Below, piece by piece: positions 1 to 10,348 of a stretch of 64,000 nt of DNA (its first letter is position 1; the number at the start of each line of letters is the position of its first letter). The notes beneath the pieces are model-generated. The model made no database searches, was not told the DNA's origin, and worked only from the letters and a program-made list of their open reading frames with translations. Made by a program: the position numbers and the translations under genes. Source of the DNA: Thermoanaerobaculia bacterium (GTDB taxonomy: Bacteria > Acidobacteriota > Thermoanaerobaculia > UBA5066); contig JBBRRY010000020.1 in NCBI GenBank assembly GCA_038245905.1, positions 9,006-73,005 of the forward strand. Reading direction: 5' to 3'.

Positions 1-2
1 CG

Positions 3-1853
3 CCCCTGCCCGCGCGGCACGTTCTCGACCGCTGCCTCGAGCGGGACCTCGGCAAGCGGCTTTCGGAGATCGGGAAGGCGAAGCAGGAGCTGGAACGGGC
101 GAGCGCGCAGGCCGGCGCGAAGCAATTGCGCCGGCGCTCCGCAGGGGCCGTACTCGCCGTGGTCCTCGCCGCCGCCGCGGCCGTCGTTCTTTTTGCGGCT
201 CGTGGACCGTGGCGGTGGACCCGGCGGCAGAAGATGCCTGCGGCTCCGGCCGAAACCAGACACACTCAACTGACTTTCACGGGAGACGTGGAAAACGTTG
301 CGCTCTCGCCCGACGGCCGGACGATCGCCTACGCGGCGGGCGACCAGGATAGGAAGGTGCGGGTGTTGGTCCGTGATCTTGGCGCCGGACAGCCGGTGCA
401 GGTCTGGGAGGGCGCGTCCGTTTGGGACATGAGGTGGACACCGGATGGACTCTACGTGCTGGTGTCCGGGAGACAGTTCGCGGGGCAGGACCCGTCTATT
501 CAGCTCGTGCCGCGCCTTGGTGGCGCCACCCGACTGGTGCCCGCGACGCCGTCGTCCATCGGGTCCCTTGCGGTCTCCCCGGACGGTACGCGCGTAGCGA
601 CAGCCAACGCGATATCCGGCGGCGTGGAGATCGTGAGTATCGAGTCGGGAAAGCGGGAGCACATACCGCTCCCCGACGCCCAGTACACCTGGGCGCTCGA
701 CTGGAGTCCAGTTAGCAACAGGTTGTCTGTCTTCTCCTATGACAAGAACAACCACCCAAACGTTTCTGTCGTCCTGCCAGACGGGAAGGGCTTGCGAAGC
801 GTCTACACCGGGCTGGAGAGGCTGACGGGTGGGTGCTGGTCTCAGAGCGAGGATGTCCTATACCTCGAGCGCCTTCGCGACGAGTCCATCGATCTCCTGC
901 GTCTTTCAACAGCAGACGGCGACGCCGCGCTTCCGGTCGTGCTCTTGAGTGCACTGCCGTCGGCTTACCGCTGCCAGATCTCAGCGGATGGACAGCGCCT
1001 AATTCACACCCGGGTGAACAGCGAGGCGAACCTGTCCCACGTCGACCTCGAGGCGCGCGGAGGCGCGCCGGTCGGCCTCACGCACGGAACGTGGAAGCTC
1101 GAGATCCCGCGCGTCTCGCCGGACGGGCGCTGGATATCGGCCACACGAGGCAAGGAGATCGTCAGGTTCCCGATCGGCGGCGGCGAGCCGGTCGTCCTAA
1201 CGAGCGGACACTACGCCAGCTGGTCGCCCGACGGGCGAAGGCTCGCATTCGCATCCGACCGTGGCGGCAAATGGCGTCCATGGGTCGCCGGTGCCGATGG
1301 TCAGCAGGCGCGAGAGATTCCGGGGGCGGACGCCCTCGCCGACCAGGACGTGAGGTGGTTTTCCGACGAACGGCTCGCCTGGCACACGCCGGATGACCGT
1401 GATTACAGGATCCGTGATCTGAAGAGCGGCGTCGAAGAATCCCTGGTAAAGGACCCTTCGGCTGGATTCGTCTTCTTCCCCTGTCTCTCGCCGAAAGGCG
1501 ATCAGATAGCGGTCTTCTGGAATCGCACGCCTGGTTTCAAGGCTGGGCTCTGGGTGATCTCCTGGCCCGCGCGTGCCGAGCGCCTCGTGGCGCCTGACCT
1601 GATGCCGTTCGGCTGGTCGGCGGATGGAAAGTGGATTTACGCGTTCAATCAGAAAGACGACGCGATCGTGCGTGCCGCCTCCGAAAGCGGAAAGGTTGAA
1701 ACGATCGCGCGCAGAGCCCCGGGAGCGCCGAGTTTCACCTCGTGCGGTCTGACGCCAGACACGCGATCTGCAGTCTGCGCGGAGACAACCTACAAGACGG
1801 ACGTCTGGATGATCGAGCACTTCGATCCGCTCGTCGCGCGGCCGAAACGCTGA
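3..1853 (+). CDS. Ser/Thr kinase C-terminus + TM + PD40/TolB-like beta-propeller (5' truncated by window edge)
   Basis: The frame is open from position 3 (PLPARHVLDRCLERDLGKRL, resembling the end of a Hanks kinase domain), followed by a hydrophobic helix and repeated SPDG/WSPDG propeller blades. Confidence 0.8.
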   Translation, partial: PLPARHVLDRCLERDLGKRLSEIGKAKQELERASAQAGAKQLRRRSAGAVLAVVLAAAAAVVLFAARGPWRWTRRQKMPAAPAETRHTQLTFTGDVENVALSPDGRTIAYAAGDQDRKVRVLVRDLGAGQPVQVWEGASVWDMRWTPDGLYVLVSGRQFAGQDPSIQLVPRLGGATRLVPATPSSIGSLAVSPDGTRVATANAISGGVEIVSIESGKREHIPLPDAQYTWALDWSPVSNRLSVFSYDKNNHPNVSVVLPDGKGLRSVYTGLERLTGGCWSQSEDVLYLERLRDESIDLLRLSTADGDAALPVVLLSALPSAYRCQISADGQRLIHTRVNSEANLSHVDLEARGGAPVGLTHGTWKLEIPRVSPDGRWISATRGKEIVRFPIGGGEPVVLTSGHYASWSPDGRRLAFASDRGGKWRPWVAGADGQQAREIPGADALADQDVRWFSDERLAWHTPDDRDYRIRDLKSGVEESLVKDPSAGFVFFPCLSPKGDQIAVFWNRTPGFKAGLWVISWPARAERLVAPDLMPFGWSADGKWIYAFNQKDDAIVRAASESGKVETIARRAPGAPSFTSCGLTPDTRSAVCAETTYKTDVWMIEHFDPLVARPKR

Positions 1854-1950
1854 CTTCTGGAAGGTCCGGAACGTGTAGGTCTGCAACGGGCTTTGCGAGG
1901 CCGTGGTCGATGTGATGTTGGGCCAGCCCTGTATCCTTTGCCGGACTTCC

Positions 1951-2655
1951 ATGCGCCTCGACGCCGTCCGCCGTCTCTGGCAACGTCTCGTAGACCGGGG
2001 ACCGGGTGCCCTCGAGGAGCCTGGTTCGTTTACGGACAGCGAACGCGAGGCCGGGCGCATGGTTCTCCCTCTCATACGGGACCTGAGCGCGGCTCGCCAA
2101 GCCATCGACGAGGTGGCACGCCGCACGCAAGCACTCGAGACCGCACTCGACCACCTGCCGGTCGCCGCGATCGCCGTCGACGAGGAATCCCGCTACCTCA
2201 CTGGAAACGCCGCAGCCAATCGCCTTTTTGGCGGGCCGGCAGTGCCCGAAGTCGTCCTCGACGCAGCGGCACGCGCCGTCGGAGCCGAAGAGCCGCCCAA
2301 GGCGAGAGTCGGAGGACGCATCGTCCGCCTCGTCACGGGTGTCGCCTCGCGGCCGAGCCCCGACGGCCGGCCAGAAAGCGTCGTTTCGCGCGTGATCTTC
2401 CTCGTGCCGGCCGACGGCACCTTCGAACTCGACACCCAGGACCTCCAGACCCGCTTCGGCCTCACGCGGATGCAGGGTCGCGTCGTCGGGCTGACCGCCC
2501 AGGGCCTCACGAACAAGGAGATCGCTGCCCGCCTCTCGATCTCGGCCGAGACCGTCCACAAGCACCTCGTATCGACGTTCCAGAAGAGCGGGGCCTCCAC
2601 GCGCGCCGGCCTCGTCGCCATGGCGTTCGGCTCACGGTTCGGAATCGATATCTGA
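1951..2655 (+). CDS. LuxR-type HTH transcriptional regulator (PAS-like middle region)
   Basis: C-terminal GLT..QGRVVGLTAQGLTNKEIAARLSISAETVHKHL..FQKSG motif. Start is ATG 1951 or GTG 1903. Confidence 0.85.
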   Translation: MRLDAVRRLWQRLVDRGPGALEEPGSFTDSEREAGRMVLPLIRDLSAARQAIDEVARRTQALETALDHLPVAAIAVDEESRYLTGNAAANRLFGGPAVPEVVLDAAARAVGAEEPPKARVGGRIVRLVTGVASRPSPDGRPESVVSRVIFLVPADGTFELDTQDLQTRFGLTRMQGRVVGLTAQGLTNKEIAARLSISAETVHKHLVSTFQKSGASTRAGLVAMAFGSRFGIDI

Positions 2656-2666
2656 ATCCGCCTCCA

Positions 2667-2686
2667 CATACCCCATTCGGGTGATG
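2667..2686. promoter_or_regulatory. Imperfect palindrome, candidate LuxR/NarL-type activator box
   Basis: CATACCCCATTCGGGTGATG lies just after the LuxR gene and upstream of a TACCTT -10-like hexamer (2707-2712) of the hydrolase gene. Confidence 0.4.
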
Positions 2687-2755
2687 CGCCCGAGGCCCCT
2701 CTTTCCTACCTTGTCTCGCAATCCGGGACTTCAGCCGACCGGATCGGAGGCAACG

Positions 2756-5476
2756 ATGAGAAACTTTTCGACTGGAATCGGGCGTCGTCCGGGTTTGCTT
2801 CTGGCAGCCGCGTTTCTCGCGGCCGCCTTCGCGCTGCCGGCTGAGGCGCGCGTCGGCCGCGTCGTGATCAGTTTGAAGGAGTCTCCGACGTTCGGGGGAA
2901 TGACTTTCGGCAGCGTTGGCGCCTACGAGAAGCTCCGCGGCGTCCTCTACGGCGAGGTCGACCCGAACGACCCGAAAAACGCCCCGATTGCCGACCTCGC
3001 GCTCGCGCCGCGAAACGCGCGCGGACACGTCGAGTACTCGGCGGACGTCCTCATTCTCCGGCCGGTGGACCCGGCAAAGGCGAACGGACGCCTCTTCTAC
3101 GAAGCCAACAACCGCGGAGTCCTCTACTCGCTCGGCATGCTGAACGACGCGGTGACGGGCGGCAGTGACCCGAGCGCGGCCTTGGACGCCGGCAACGGCT
3201 TTCTCATGCGGCTGGGCTACACGATCGTCCTCAGCGGCTGGGACTTCACGGCCCCGGCCGGCGCCGGGCGACTCACGTTCACGCCGCCCGCGGCCGTGAA
3301 TCCCGACGGATCTCCCATCGTCGGCCTCTCGCTTGAGGAGCTCGTCGTCGACAACACGACGACGACGAGCGGCACCCTGACGTACGCCGCCGCCGACCTC
3401 GACAAGTCGAAGGCGAGTCTGACCGTACGCAACCACTACGCCGACCCGCCGGCCGGCGTCTCGGCGACTGGGTGGGAATACGTGAACGACCATACAATCC
3501 GCCTGCTCCCGGCCGGCACGAGCTTCGCCAGCGGATCACTCTACGAATTCGTCTACCCCGCCAAGAACCCTGTGGTGGCGGGCCTGTCATTCGCGGGCAT
3601 CCGGGACTTCCTCGCGTTTCTCCGCACGGGTTCGGCCGACGACTCCGGGACTCCCAACCCCGTCGCGGGGCGCGTCGACAAGGTCTACTCCTTTTGTTTC
3701 TCGCAACCATGCCGCCTGCTCCGCGACTTCGTCAGGCTCGGCTTCAATCAGGACGAGTCGGGCCGGCAGGTGCTGGACGGAGTCCTGAACTGGGTGGGCG
3801 GCGCGAGTAGCGGCTCCTTCAACCATCGGTTTGCGCAGCCGTTCCGGACGCATCGCCAGCACATCAGCCGCTGGTACCCGGAGGCCATCTTCCCATTCGC
3901 CGACGTCACGCTCTTCGATCCCGTCACCGGAAAGACCGGCGGGCTCCTGGCAACCTGCGGTCTGAGCGGGACGTGCCCGAAGATGTTTGAGGCGAACTCG
4001 GCAAACGAGTACTGGGCGAAGACGGGCTCGCTCCTTCACACCGACCCGCTCGGGACCGTCGACCTCGCGAACCACCCGAACGTCCGCCTCTACTTCGTCG
4101 CGGGTCTTCCGCACAACGCGGGCGTTCCGAGCGCCACGGCTCCCGGAATCTGCGCGCAGACGAGGAACCCGCTCGTCGCGAACCGGACGATGCGAGCGCT
4201 CCTCGTCCGGCTGGACGAATGGATCTCGAAGGGCCAGGAGCCGCTAGCGAGCCTCGTCCCGCGCCTCGACCAGGGCACCCTCGTGCCGCCCCTCCCGCAG
4301 GCGGGCGAAGGATTTCCGTCCATTCCCGGCGTGACATACACCGGCCTCACTCACACAGGAGATCTTCTCGACTTCGGCCCCAGTTTCGACGCGCAGGGGA
4401 TCTGGTCGAAGGTGCCACCGGTCCTGCTGGGCTCGCCGTACGCCATCCTGGTTCCCAAGACCGACAAGGACGGCAACGATCTCGCAGGACTGCGCATGGT
4501 CGAGATCGCGGTGCCAACCGCGACGTACACCGGATGGAACATGCGGTCCGGTCCAGCCTCTCCGGACGGCTGCGACGCCTCCGGCATGATGCTCGCCTTT
4601 CCGAAGACGAAGGCCGAGCGCCTCGCGAGCGACGACCCCCGTCTGTCGCTCGAGGAGCGCTACCCTCAGCACGCACAGTACGTCGACGCCGTCAACGCGG
4701 CCGCATGGAAGCTGCGCACGTCCGGCCTCCTGCTCGACGAGGACGCGGCCCGCTACACGGCCGAGGCGCAACGAAGCGCTGTCGGGCTCTCGACCTGGCT
4801 GCTGCCGTCGTCCGCCCACACGGCGGGAGCGAGCGGAGTCCCGTACACGACGGACATCACGGTCGCGAATACCGGCAACGCGGACGCCGCCTTCACGCTG
4901 AAGTTCCTGGGCCACGGCATCGACGGGCGTCCCGGCCCCGAAAAGAGCTTCACCTTGGCGGCGGGAAAGTCAGTTTCTTATCGCGACGTGCTAGGCGCAG
5001 CCTTCGGCGTGTCATCCGACTGGGGCGCGATCCGGCTCTCCTCGACGACGGCGACGCTCTCCCTCGCGTCTCAGACCTGGACCCCGTCGCCCTCGGGCGG
5101 CACGGTCGGCCAGGCGGTTCCGGCTTTCTCGGATGCCGAGCAGATCCATAACGGAACGACCCGCTCCATCCTTGCAATTAGTGAAGACGATTCCGTGCGG
5201 ACGGACCTGTTCCTCGCGAACGCCACCGAGTCCCCCATGGACGTGGACGTGGCTCTCGTGGGCGAGTCCGGCGCCGCCCTCGGCACGCAGCGGGTCTCGC
5301 TCTCTCCGCTCGGCATGGCGCAGCTGACCCGGGTGGTGAGGGCCTTGGGCGTCTCGGCCAACGTCGGGGGGGCGCGACTCATACTCTCGACTCCCACCTC
5401 TACCGGTGCATTCGCTGCATACGCCTCCGTCATCGACAACGCGTCGAACGACCCACGGACGCTCCTGCCAGAATAG
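2756..5476 (+). CDS. Secreted alpha/beta-hydrolase-domain protein with C-terminal repeated module
   Basis: GGAGG RBS at 2746-2750 before ATG 2756; signal peptide (ALPAEA); motifs FGSVGAYE, YEANNRG, DPRLSLEERY; C-terminal module ending YASVIDNASNDP. Confidence 0.8.
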   Translation: MRNFSTGIGRRPGLLLAAAFLAAAFALPAEARVGRVVISLKESPTFGGMTFGSVGAYEKLRGVLYGEVDPNDPKNAPIADLALAPRNARGHVEYSADVLILRPVDPAKANGRLFYEANNRGVLYSLGMLNDAVTGGSDPSAALDAGNGFLMRLGYTIVLSGWDFTAPAGAGRLTFTPPAAVNPDGSPIVGLSLEELVVDNTTTTSGTLTYAAADLDKSKASLTVRNHYADPPAGVSATGWEYVNDHTIRLLPAGTSFASGSLYEFVYPAKNPVVAGLSFAGIRDFLAFLRTGSADDSGTPNPVAGRVDKVYSFCFSQPCRLLRDFVRLGFNQDESGRQVLDGVLNWVGGASSGSFNHRFAQPFRTHRQHISRWYPEAIFPFADVTLFDPVTGKTGGLLATCGLSGTCPKMFEANSANEYWAKTGSLLHTDPLGTVDLANHPNVRLYFVAGLPHNAGVPSATAPGICAQTRNPLVANRTMRALLVRLDEWISKGQEPLASLVPRLDQGTLVPPLPQAGEGFPSIPGVTYTGLTHTGDLLDFGPSFDAQGIWSKVPPVLLGSPYAILVPKTDKDGNDLAGLRMVEIAVPTATYTGWNMRSGPASPDGCDASGMMLAFPKTKAERLASDDPRLSLEERYPQHAQYVDAVNAAAWKLRTSGLLLDEDAARYTAEAQRSAVGLSTWLLPSSAHTAGASGVPYTTDITVANTGNADAAFTLKFLGHGIDGRPGPEKSFTLAAGKSVSYRDVLGAAFGVSSDWGAIRLSSTTATLSLASQTWTPSPSGGTVGQAVPAFSDAEQIHNGTTRSILAISEDDSVRTDLFLANATESPMDVDVALVGESGAALGTQRVSLSPLGMAQLTRVVRALGVSANVGGARLILSTPTSTGAFAAYASVIDNASNDPRTLLPE

Positions 5477-5568
5477 GGTCTGGCTCTCAGGGTCTTCAGT
5501 TCGCACAGTGGATCGACTGCCGAGCCAGACTTTCCTCCCGCGAACTTCAAGCAGGTTCGTGGTTAACA

Positions 5569-5598
5569 GAAACCCCGCGAGGCCTCTCGCGGAGTTTC
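5569..5598. terminator. Hairpin between convergent genes, probable terminator
   Basis: GAAACCCCGCGAG-GCCT-CTCGCGGAGTTTC stem-loop with one mismatch. Confidence 0.5.
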
Positions 5599-5625
5599 GT
5601 GTCTAAAGCTCGTGCGCCTCGCCGT

Positions 5626-6219
5626 TCATTTCCAGATATTGAACTTGAGTGCGAATCTCTTCTTCTGAATCAACGTGCGCCAGTCCACGAACACGAATAC
5701 GAACACGAGCAGCAGCCCTGCGATCAGTCCGGCGATGGATTTCCAGGACACCATCCCGTGAACGAGGTCGCTCGTGTTCTCTGCCGCATACTTGCCGGTG
5801 AGCACCGCGATCGTGTCGCTAGTCAGTTTGCCGACGATGAAACCCGGGAGGATGTGGTGGGGCTCGAGCTTCGCCATTCCGGCGGCCACGAACAAGGGTG
5901 TGGTGGGTAGCGGCAGCAGAGAATAGATCAGCACCAAGGCGTGGCTCTTCCACCCCTTCTCCTCCAGTTTCTTTCCCAGGAACTCGGCTTCGTCGTTCTT
6001 CGCCCTCTTGAAGAATTTCCCGGACAGCTTGGGAATGTAGAGAGTGAGGACATACCTGCCCAAGATGGAGCCACCCACCCCGATAATGATTACAAGCCAA
6101 ATTTGAAGATCGAATTTTACCTGCAAGAAAACCATCACCGTGAATGCCGGCGGCAAGGGGAACGGTGAAATGTCCACGAGCAGGGCCCCGACGAAGACAA
6201 GCAGATATTGCCACCACAT
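5626..6219 (-). CDS. DedA/VTT-like integral membrane protein
   Basis: 197-aa hydrophobic protein with PFPLPPA, LYSLLPLPT and LFVAAGM segments typical of DedA-like proteins. Confidence 0.65.
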   Translation of the reverse strand: MWWQYLLVFVGALLVDISPFPLPPAFTVMVFLQVKFDLQIWLVIIIGVGGSILGRYVLTLYIPKLSGKFFKRAKNDEAEFLGKKLEEKGWKSHALVLIYSLLPLPTTPLFVAAGMAKLEPHHILPGFIVGKLTSDTIAVLTGKYAAENTSDLVHGMVSWKSIAGLIAGLLLVFVFVFVDWRTLIQKKRFALKFNIWK

Positions 6220-6225
6220 GATGTA

Positions 6226-6420
6226 TCACCGTAGTCTTCGAGTCGCGCCCAAGTCAATGACGAGGACGATTCCCACGATGAGCTCGACGGCCCCATGTAC
6301 GGGAAACGGGATCACCTTGACGATGCCCAGCGGAAAGCGCGTGAGAAGCGTCATCAGCAAATGCAAGACCGCGAGGCCCCACGCGACGGTGTCTGGAGCA
6401 TGCGCGAGCCTTAGCTCCGA
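6226..6420 (-). pseudogene. Fragment of an SPW-repeat-like small membrane protein
   Basis: LAVLHLLMTLLTRFPLGIVKVIPFPVHGAVELIVGIVL resembles the middle of SPW-type proteins; both ends look missing. Confidence 0.4.
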
Positions 6421-6536
6421 CCCGCGAGGGCCGTTCCTCGCACCATCGCGGGCCACATCAATGGATGGTCTGCGACCTTCACCCTGTATCTCTGAGGAAT
6501 CGACAAACCGAGCCTGCGTATCGAGAATAGCTCTCT

Positions 6537-7772
6537 ATGTCGGCGCCCGAGAAGCACCCCCTGTCGCAGATCCTCAGCGTGACCGTCTTCGTGGCGGCCC
6601 TCGGGTACTTCGTGGACATGTTCGACCTGCTCCTCTTCCCCATCGTGCGGCAGCCGAGTCTGATGGACCTGGGCATCCCACAGGGGGACGCGCAGGTCTC
6701 CGCCACGTTCTTGCTGCTCAACTCCCAGATGGTGGGAATGCTGCTGGGCGGGATCTTCTGGGGCATCCTCGGCGATAAGAAGGGCCGCCTCTCGACGCTC
6801 TTCGGGAGCATCGCGCTCTACTCCGTGGCGAACATCGCCAACGCCTTCGTGCACGGGCTCCCGTCCTACGCCGTCTGGCGCTTTCTGGCGGGGCTCGGCC
6901 TCGCGGGCGAGCTGGGCGCGGCGGTGACGCTGGTGAGTGAGATCCTCCCCAGGAACCTCCGGGCATACGGCACCGCCATCGTCGCGGGGGTGGGCATCTT
7001 CGGGACGGTGACCGCGAGCCTCGTCGGCAAGTACCTCCCCTGGCGCACCGCCTACCTCGTCGGGGGCGGGCTGGGCCTCATCCTCTTGGCCACCCGCTTC
7101 AGCCTCCGCGAGAGCGGCATGTTCCGGAACCTCGGCCACCAGGCCGACGTGAAGCGTGGCGACTTTCTGAGCCTCTTCACGAGCGGTGAGCGCTTCCTCC
7201 GCTACCTCCGCTGCATCCTCATCGGCCTGCCGACCTGGTTCGTTGTGGCGATCCTCATCACTTCCGCGCCCGAGTTCGCGCCGAAGGTTGGCGTGACAGG
7301 ACCCGTGGCCGCCGGAACCGCCGTGGCCTTTTGCTATAGCGGCATCACGCTGGGGAGCTTCGCTTCCGGCATCCTCAGCCAGGCTTGGAGAAGCCGTAAG
7401 AAGGTCGTTCTTCTCTTCATCCTCGGCACGCTCGCCGGCGTCGCCACCTACCTCACGGTGCGCGGGCTCACCCCGATGCAGTTCTATCTCCTGACGGGGT
7501 ACCTCGGGCTCATGGCGGGCTACTGGGCCGTCTTCGTCACCATCGCCGCGGAGCAATTCGGCACGAACCTCCGTGCCACGGTGGCCACCACGGTACCGAA
7601 CTTCGTCCGGGGGGCCGTCCCGCTGATCACAGGCAGCTTCTCCCTGCTCCGGGGCCCTCTGGGCTACGTCGGGAGCGCCTGGACGGTGGGCCTCGTCTGC
7701 ATCACGCTCGCCCTGGTTGCCCTCGTGGGAATGGCCGAGACGGCGGGGCGAGACCTGGACTTCCTGGAGTAA
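6537..7772 (+). CDS. MFS transporter
   Basis: About 12 TM helices; motif A GILGDKKGRL; RFLAGLGLAGE; EQFGTNLRAT. Confidence 0.92.
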   Translation: MSAPEKHPLSQILSVTVFVAALGYFVDMFDLLLFPIVRQPSLMDLGIPQGDAQVSATFLLLNSQMVGMLLGGIFWGILGDKKGRLSTLFGSIALYSVANIANAFVHGLPSYAVWRFLAGLGLAGELGAAVTLVSEILPRNLRAYGTAIVAGVGIFGTVTASLVGKYLPWRTAYLVGGGLGLILLATRFSLRESGMFRNLGHQADVKRGDFLSLFTSGERFLRYLRCILIGLPTWFVVAILITSAPEFAPKVGVTGPVAAGTAVAFCYSGITLGSFASGILSQAWRSRKKVVLLFILGTLAGVATYLTVRGLTPMQFYLLTGYLGLMAGYWAVFVTIAAEQFGTNLRATVATTVPNFVRGAVPLITGSFSLLRGPLGYVGSAWTVGLVCITLALVALVGMAETAGRDLDFLE

Positions 7773-7869
7773 CCCCCTTCCACGGCCCCCCGGCAATTCC
7801 CAATGCGCCCCTACAAGTAAATGCGAAACGTCCTTTTCTCTCAGCTTCCTCGTTGCGGGAAGACTCCTT

Positions 7870-8397
7870 CTACTTGCGCAGAAGCACGTAAACCGCGCCC
7901 GAGCCGCCGTCCGACGGAGGCGCGTCAGCGTAGGCAAGTACCGACCGATTCGATCTGAGACAGGCCCGCACGCGAGCCTTCAGGATCGACGTCTTCCGTT
8001 CGGAGTGGAGGCCACGACCGTGCACGATGCATACGCAGCGACGCTGATCGTAACGGCTGTTTTCGATGAACCGCCCTGCGGTCGCACAGGCGTCCGCAAC
8101 CGTCAGGCCATGCAGGTCGCAGCGGTCTCCGGCGGCGTACTCACCCCGTTGTAACTTCCTGATCTCTCGGCGGTCAACGCCAGGCGCGGTAAAGCCTTCG
8201 TCTGGCCCAAAGAAGTCGTCGTCTGGCAAAGCTGTCGCAGGTGGCTTACGGACGGGTGGAGCCAGGCGGACGCGCCCATGCGGATCCGGCCCAAGACGGG
8301 CGACGTCCGCCATTTCGAGCTCGAATGCTCCGGCGTCGGACGTGTCATCGCGATGCGACGCGGCGGCAGAAGGATTCTTCCCTCTGGCCTTCTTCAT
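7870..8397 (-). CDS. Stand-alone Smr/MutS2-domain protein
   Basis: DLHGLT, IVHGRGLHS and GGSGAVYVLL Smr motifs. Confidence 0.9.
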   Translation of the reverse strand: MKKARGKNPSAAASHRDDTSDAGAFELEMADVARLGPDPHGRVRLAPPVRKPPATALPDDDFFGPDEGFTAPGVDRREIRKLQRGEYAAGDRCDLHGLTVADACATAGRFIENSRYDQRRCVCIVHGRGLHSERKTSILKARVRACLRSNRSVLAYADAPPSDGGSGAVYVLLRK

Positions 8398-8406
8398 CGG
8401 ACCATC

Positions 8407-10322
8407 TTACCGAGCGAAGGGTCTCGCTTTGTGGCGAGACTCTCGGGGCGCCGGCTTGACGACGATGACGAGGAGAGCGAGTCCAAGCAACCCGAGGAGA
8501 AAGCTGTAGCGTACCCCGGGGGGGCGATACGTGAAGACGACTCGATGCGTACCCCCGGCGAGCCGGACCCCGCGAAAGCAGACGTCGGCGCGGAGCACGC
8601 GATCCCTCGCTCCGTCGACTGTGACCCCCCATCCCCCCCGAATACGCGTCAAAGAAGAGGAGGACGGATTCGGACGGCGCGCGGGTCAGAAACGTGATCC
8701 GCGAGGGCCGCCTTTCAACGAGCGTCACGGAACTCGTGTCGGGAGCGGCCGGGGCGGTCCACGCTGATCCTTCTTCGAGGATCGCGGTTCGCGACGGATC
8801 AAAGGAAGGATCCAGAAGGACGCCGAGGGCACGCTCCGGAGGGACGACGACCGCCTCGTGGACGAGGATCGCCCGGGGAAACGGTTCCTGTGTCCGGACG
8901 ACGCTGGCTCCGGGGAGCGGCGGGGCCTCCTTGTCCTCGGCGGAGCCCCCGGCTCCCCAAAGGACGATCCGGGATGTCCCGGAGAGCTGAGCGAATCGAC
9001 GACTGTGGCTCCCGATCGCCTCCTGTGTGCGCGCGAGCGGCGCCGAGGTCCACCGCGAGGAGCGCCACGGCACCGAGAGCGAGAGCGCGGCCCCGCCGGA
9101 GCGTGGACTCGAGAGCCGAGAGCGCGAGCGCGGACCCGAATGCAAGCGCGAGGCCGAAGCAGGCGAGAAACCGCACGGGCGCGCGGAACCCTCGAAGCAG
9201 AGGCCACGAGGAGACGAAACGGTAGGGACCCGCATCGCCGAAGGCGAACACGAAGCCGACCAGAGCCGCTGCGGAAAGGGCGAGGAAGAGGACGCGCGGA
9301 AACCCCGGCGTGCGGCGAAAGAGAAGGGCAACGCCCGCGAGAAAGAGCACGGCCGTGGCGACGCCTGGGTAGCTCGCAGGCTCGGGCCAGCGCGAGAGAC
9401 CGTCGACGGGTAGAAAAACCTGGTCGAGCTCGGCGACCTGCAGGGCTCCCACGTTGCGCTCGTCGACCGAGAGGCCGCTGAATCGGGACGTCTCGGGAAA
9501 GACGAGGGCGGAAGGGAGCAGGGACGGAGCGCCAAGAGCGGCTGCGAGAACGGCCGCGAGCCCGAGCTCGACGAGGAATCGACGCCGATTCCGCGCCCCC
9601 CAGAACTGTGCGGCGGCGAACGCGAGAAGAGTTGGGGCCGCTCCGAGAAGGCTGTGAGGGCGCGCTGCGAGGAGAGCAAGACCGCCGGACGCGGCGGTGA
9701 GCAGAAGCCCCGCGCGGCGCCGCTCCGCGGCGATGAAGCCGATGCCGAGGAGGAGGAACGGGAGAAGCGCCGCCACGGCCACGGCGTTCAGCCACGTCAC
9801 GCTTTGAAGCGTCCGTGCCGAGAGCATGTACGCGAGCCCGCCAAAGAGCGGGGCGATGCGCGCGTTCGTAAGAAATCGGACGAGGAGGAAGCCTCCGATC
9901 CCCGCGAGCCAGAGATGCACGAGGGAGAACGCATCTGCGAGACGGTGGACGGGGGCGCCCGTCAGGAGCAGCGGCACGGTGAGCGGATAGAACACCGGGG
10001 CCTCCTGATGGAATGCGAGAGGGTGCCCCATGTAGAAACCGTTCAGCCAAAACGGCGAGCTGCCGGCGCGCACGTCGCGCTGGACCTCGCTCCAGATCGG
10101 GAGATGCTCGTAGAAGAGGTCGCACGAGAAGAAGGAACGTGAGCCCGTGATCACCGGGAAAAGCGTCGCCGCGAGGACGGCCGCGAAGAGCACGGACGCG
10201 AGAAGGGCCTCTCCGGATGGTCGTGTCGCGGCGTGCGTCACAAAGCCTGGCGGTTCTTGGCGTTTTCGGAGGCCACCTGGGGGGACCCCCGCTGCCTCGA
10301 ACTTGTCTGGCGCGTCGATCAT
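8407..10322 (-). pseudogene. YfhO-like membrane protein split over three frames
   Basis: The N-terminal polytopic part (PFWLNGFYMGHPL..YPL) is in one frame; the frame shifts near 9045 (PFPRA...DAYSGG) and again in the G-tract at 8633-8639 (GW.VTVDG...FRGVRLAGGTHRVVFTYRP). Confidence 0.7.
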
Positions 10323-10348
10323 AGCGAGAGGTCAGGATCTTCGGCCGG

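Noticed and set aside
7870-8397. Smr nuclease as part of a defence system
   Set aside because: Stand-alone Smr proteins are common housekeeping genes, and no defence partners are adjacent.
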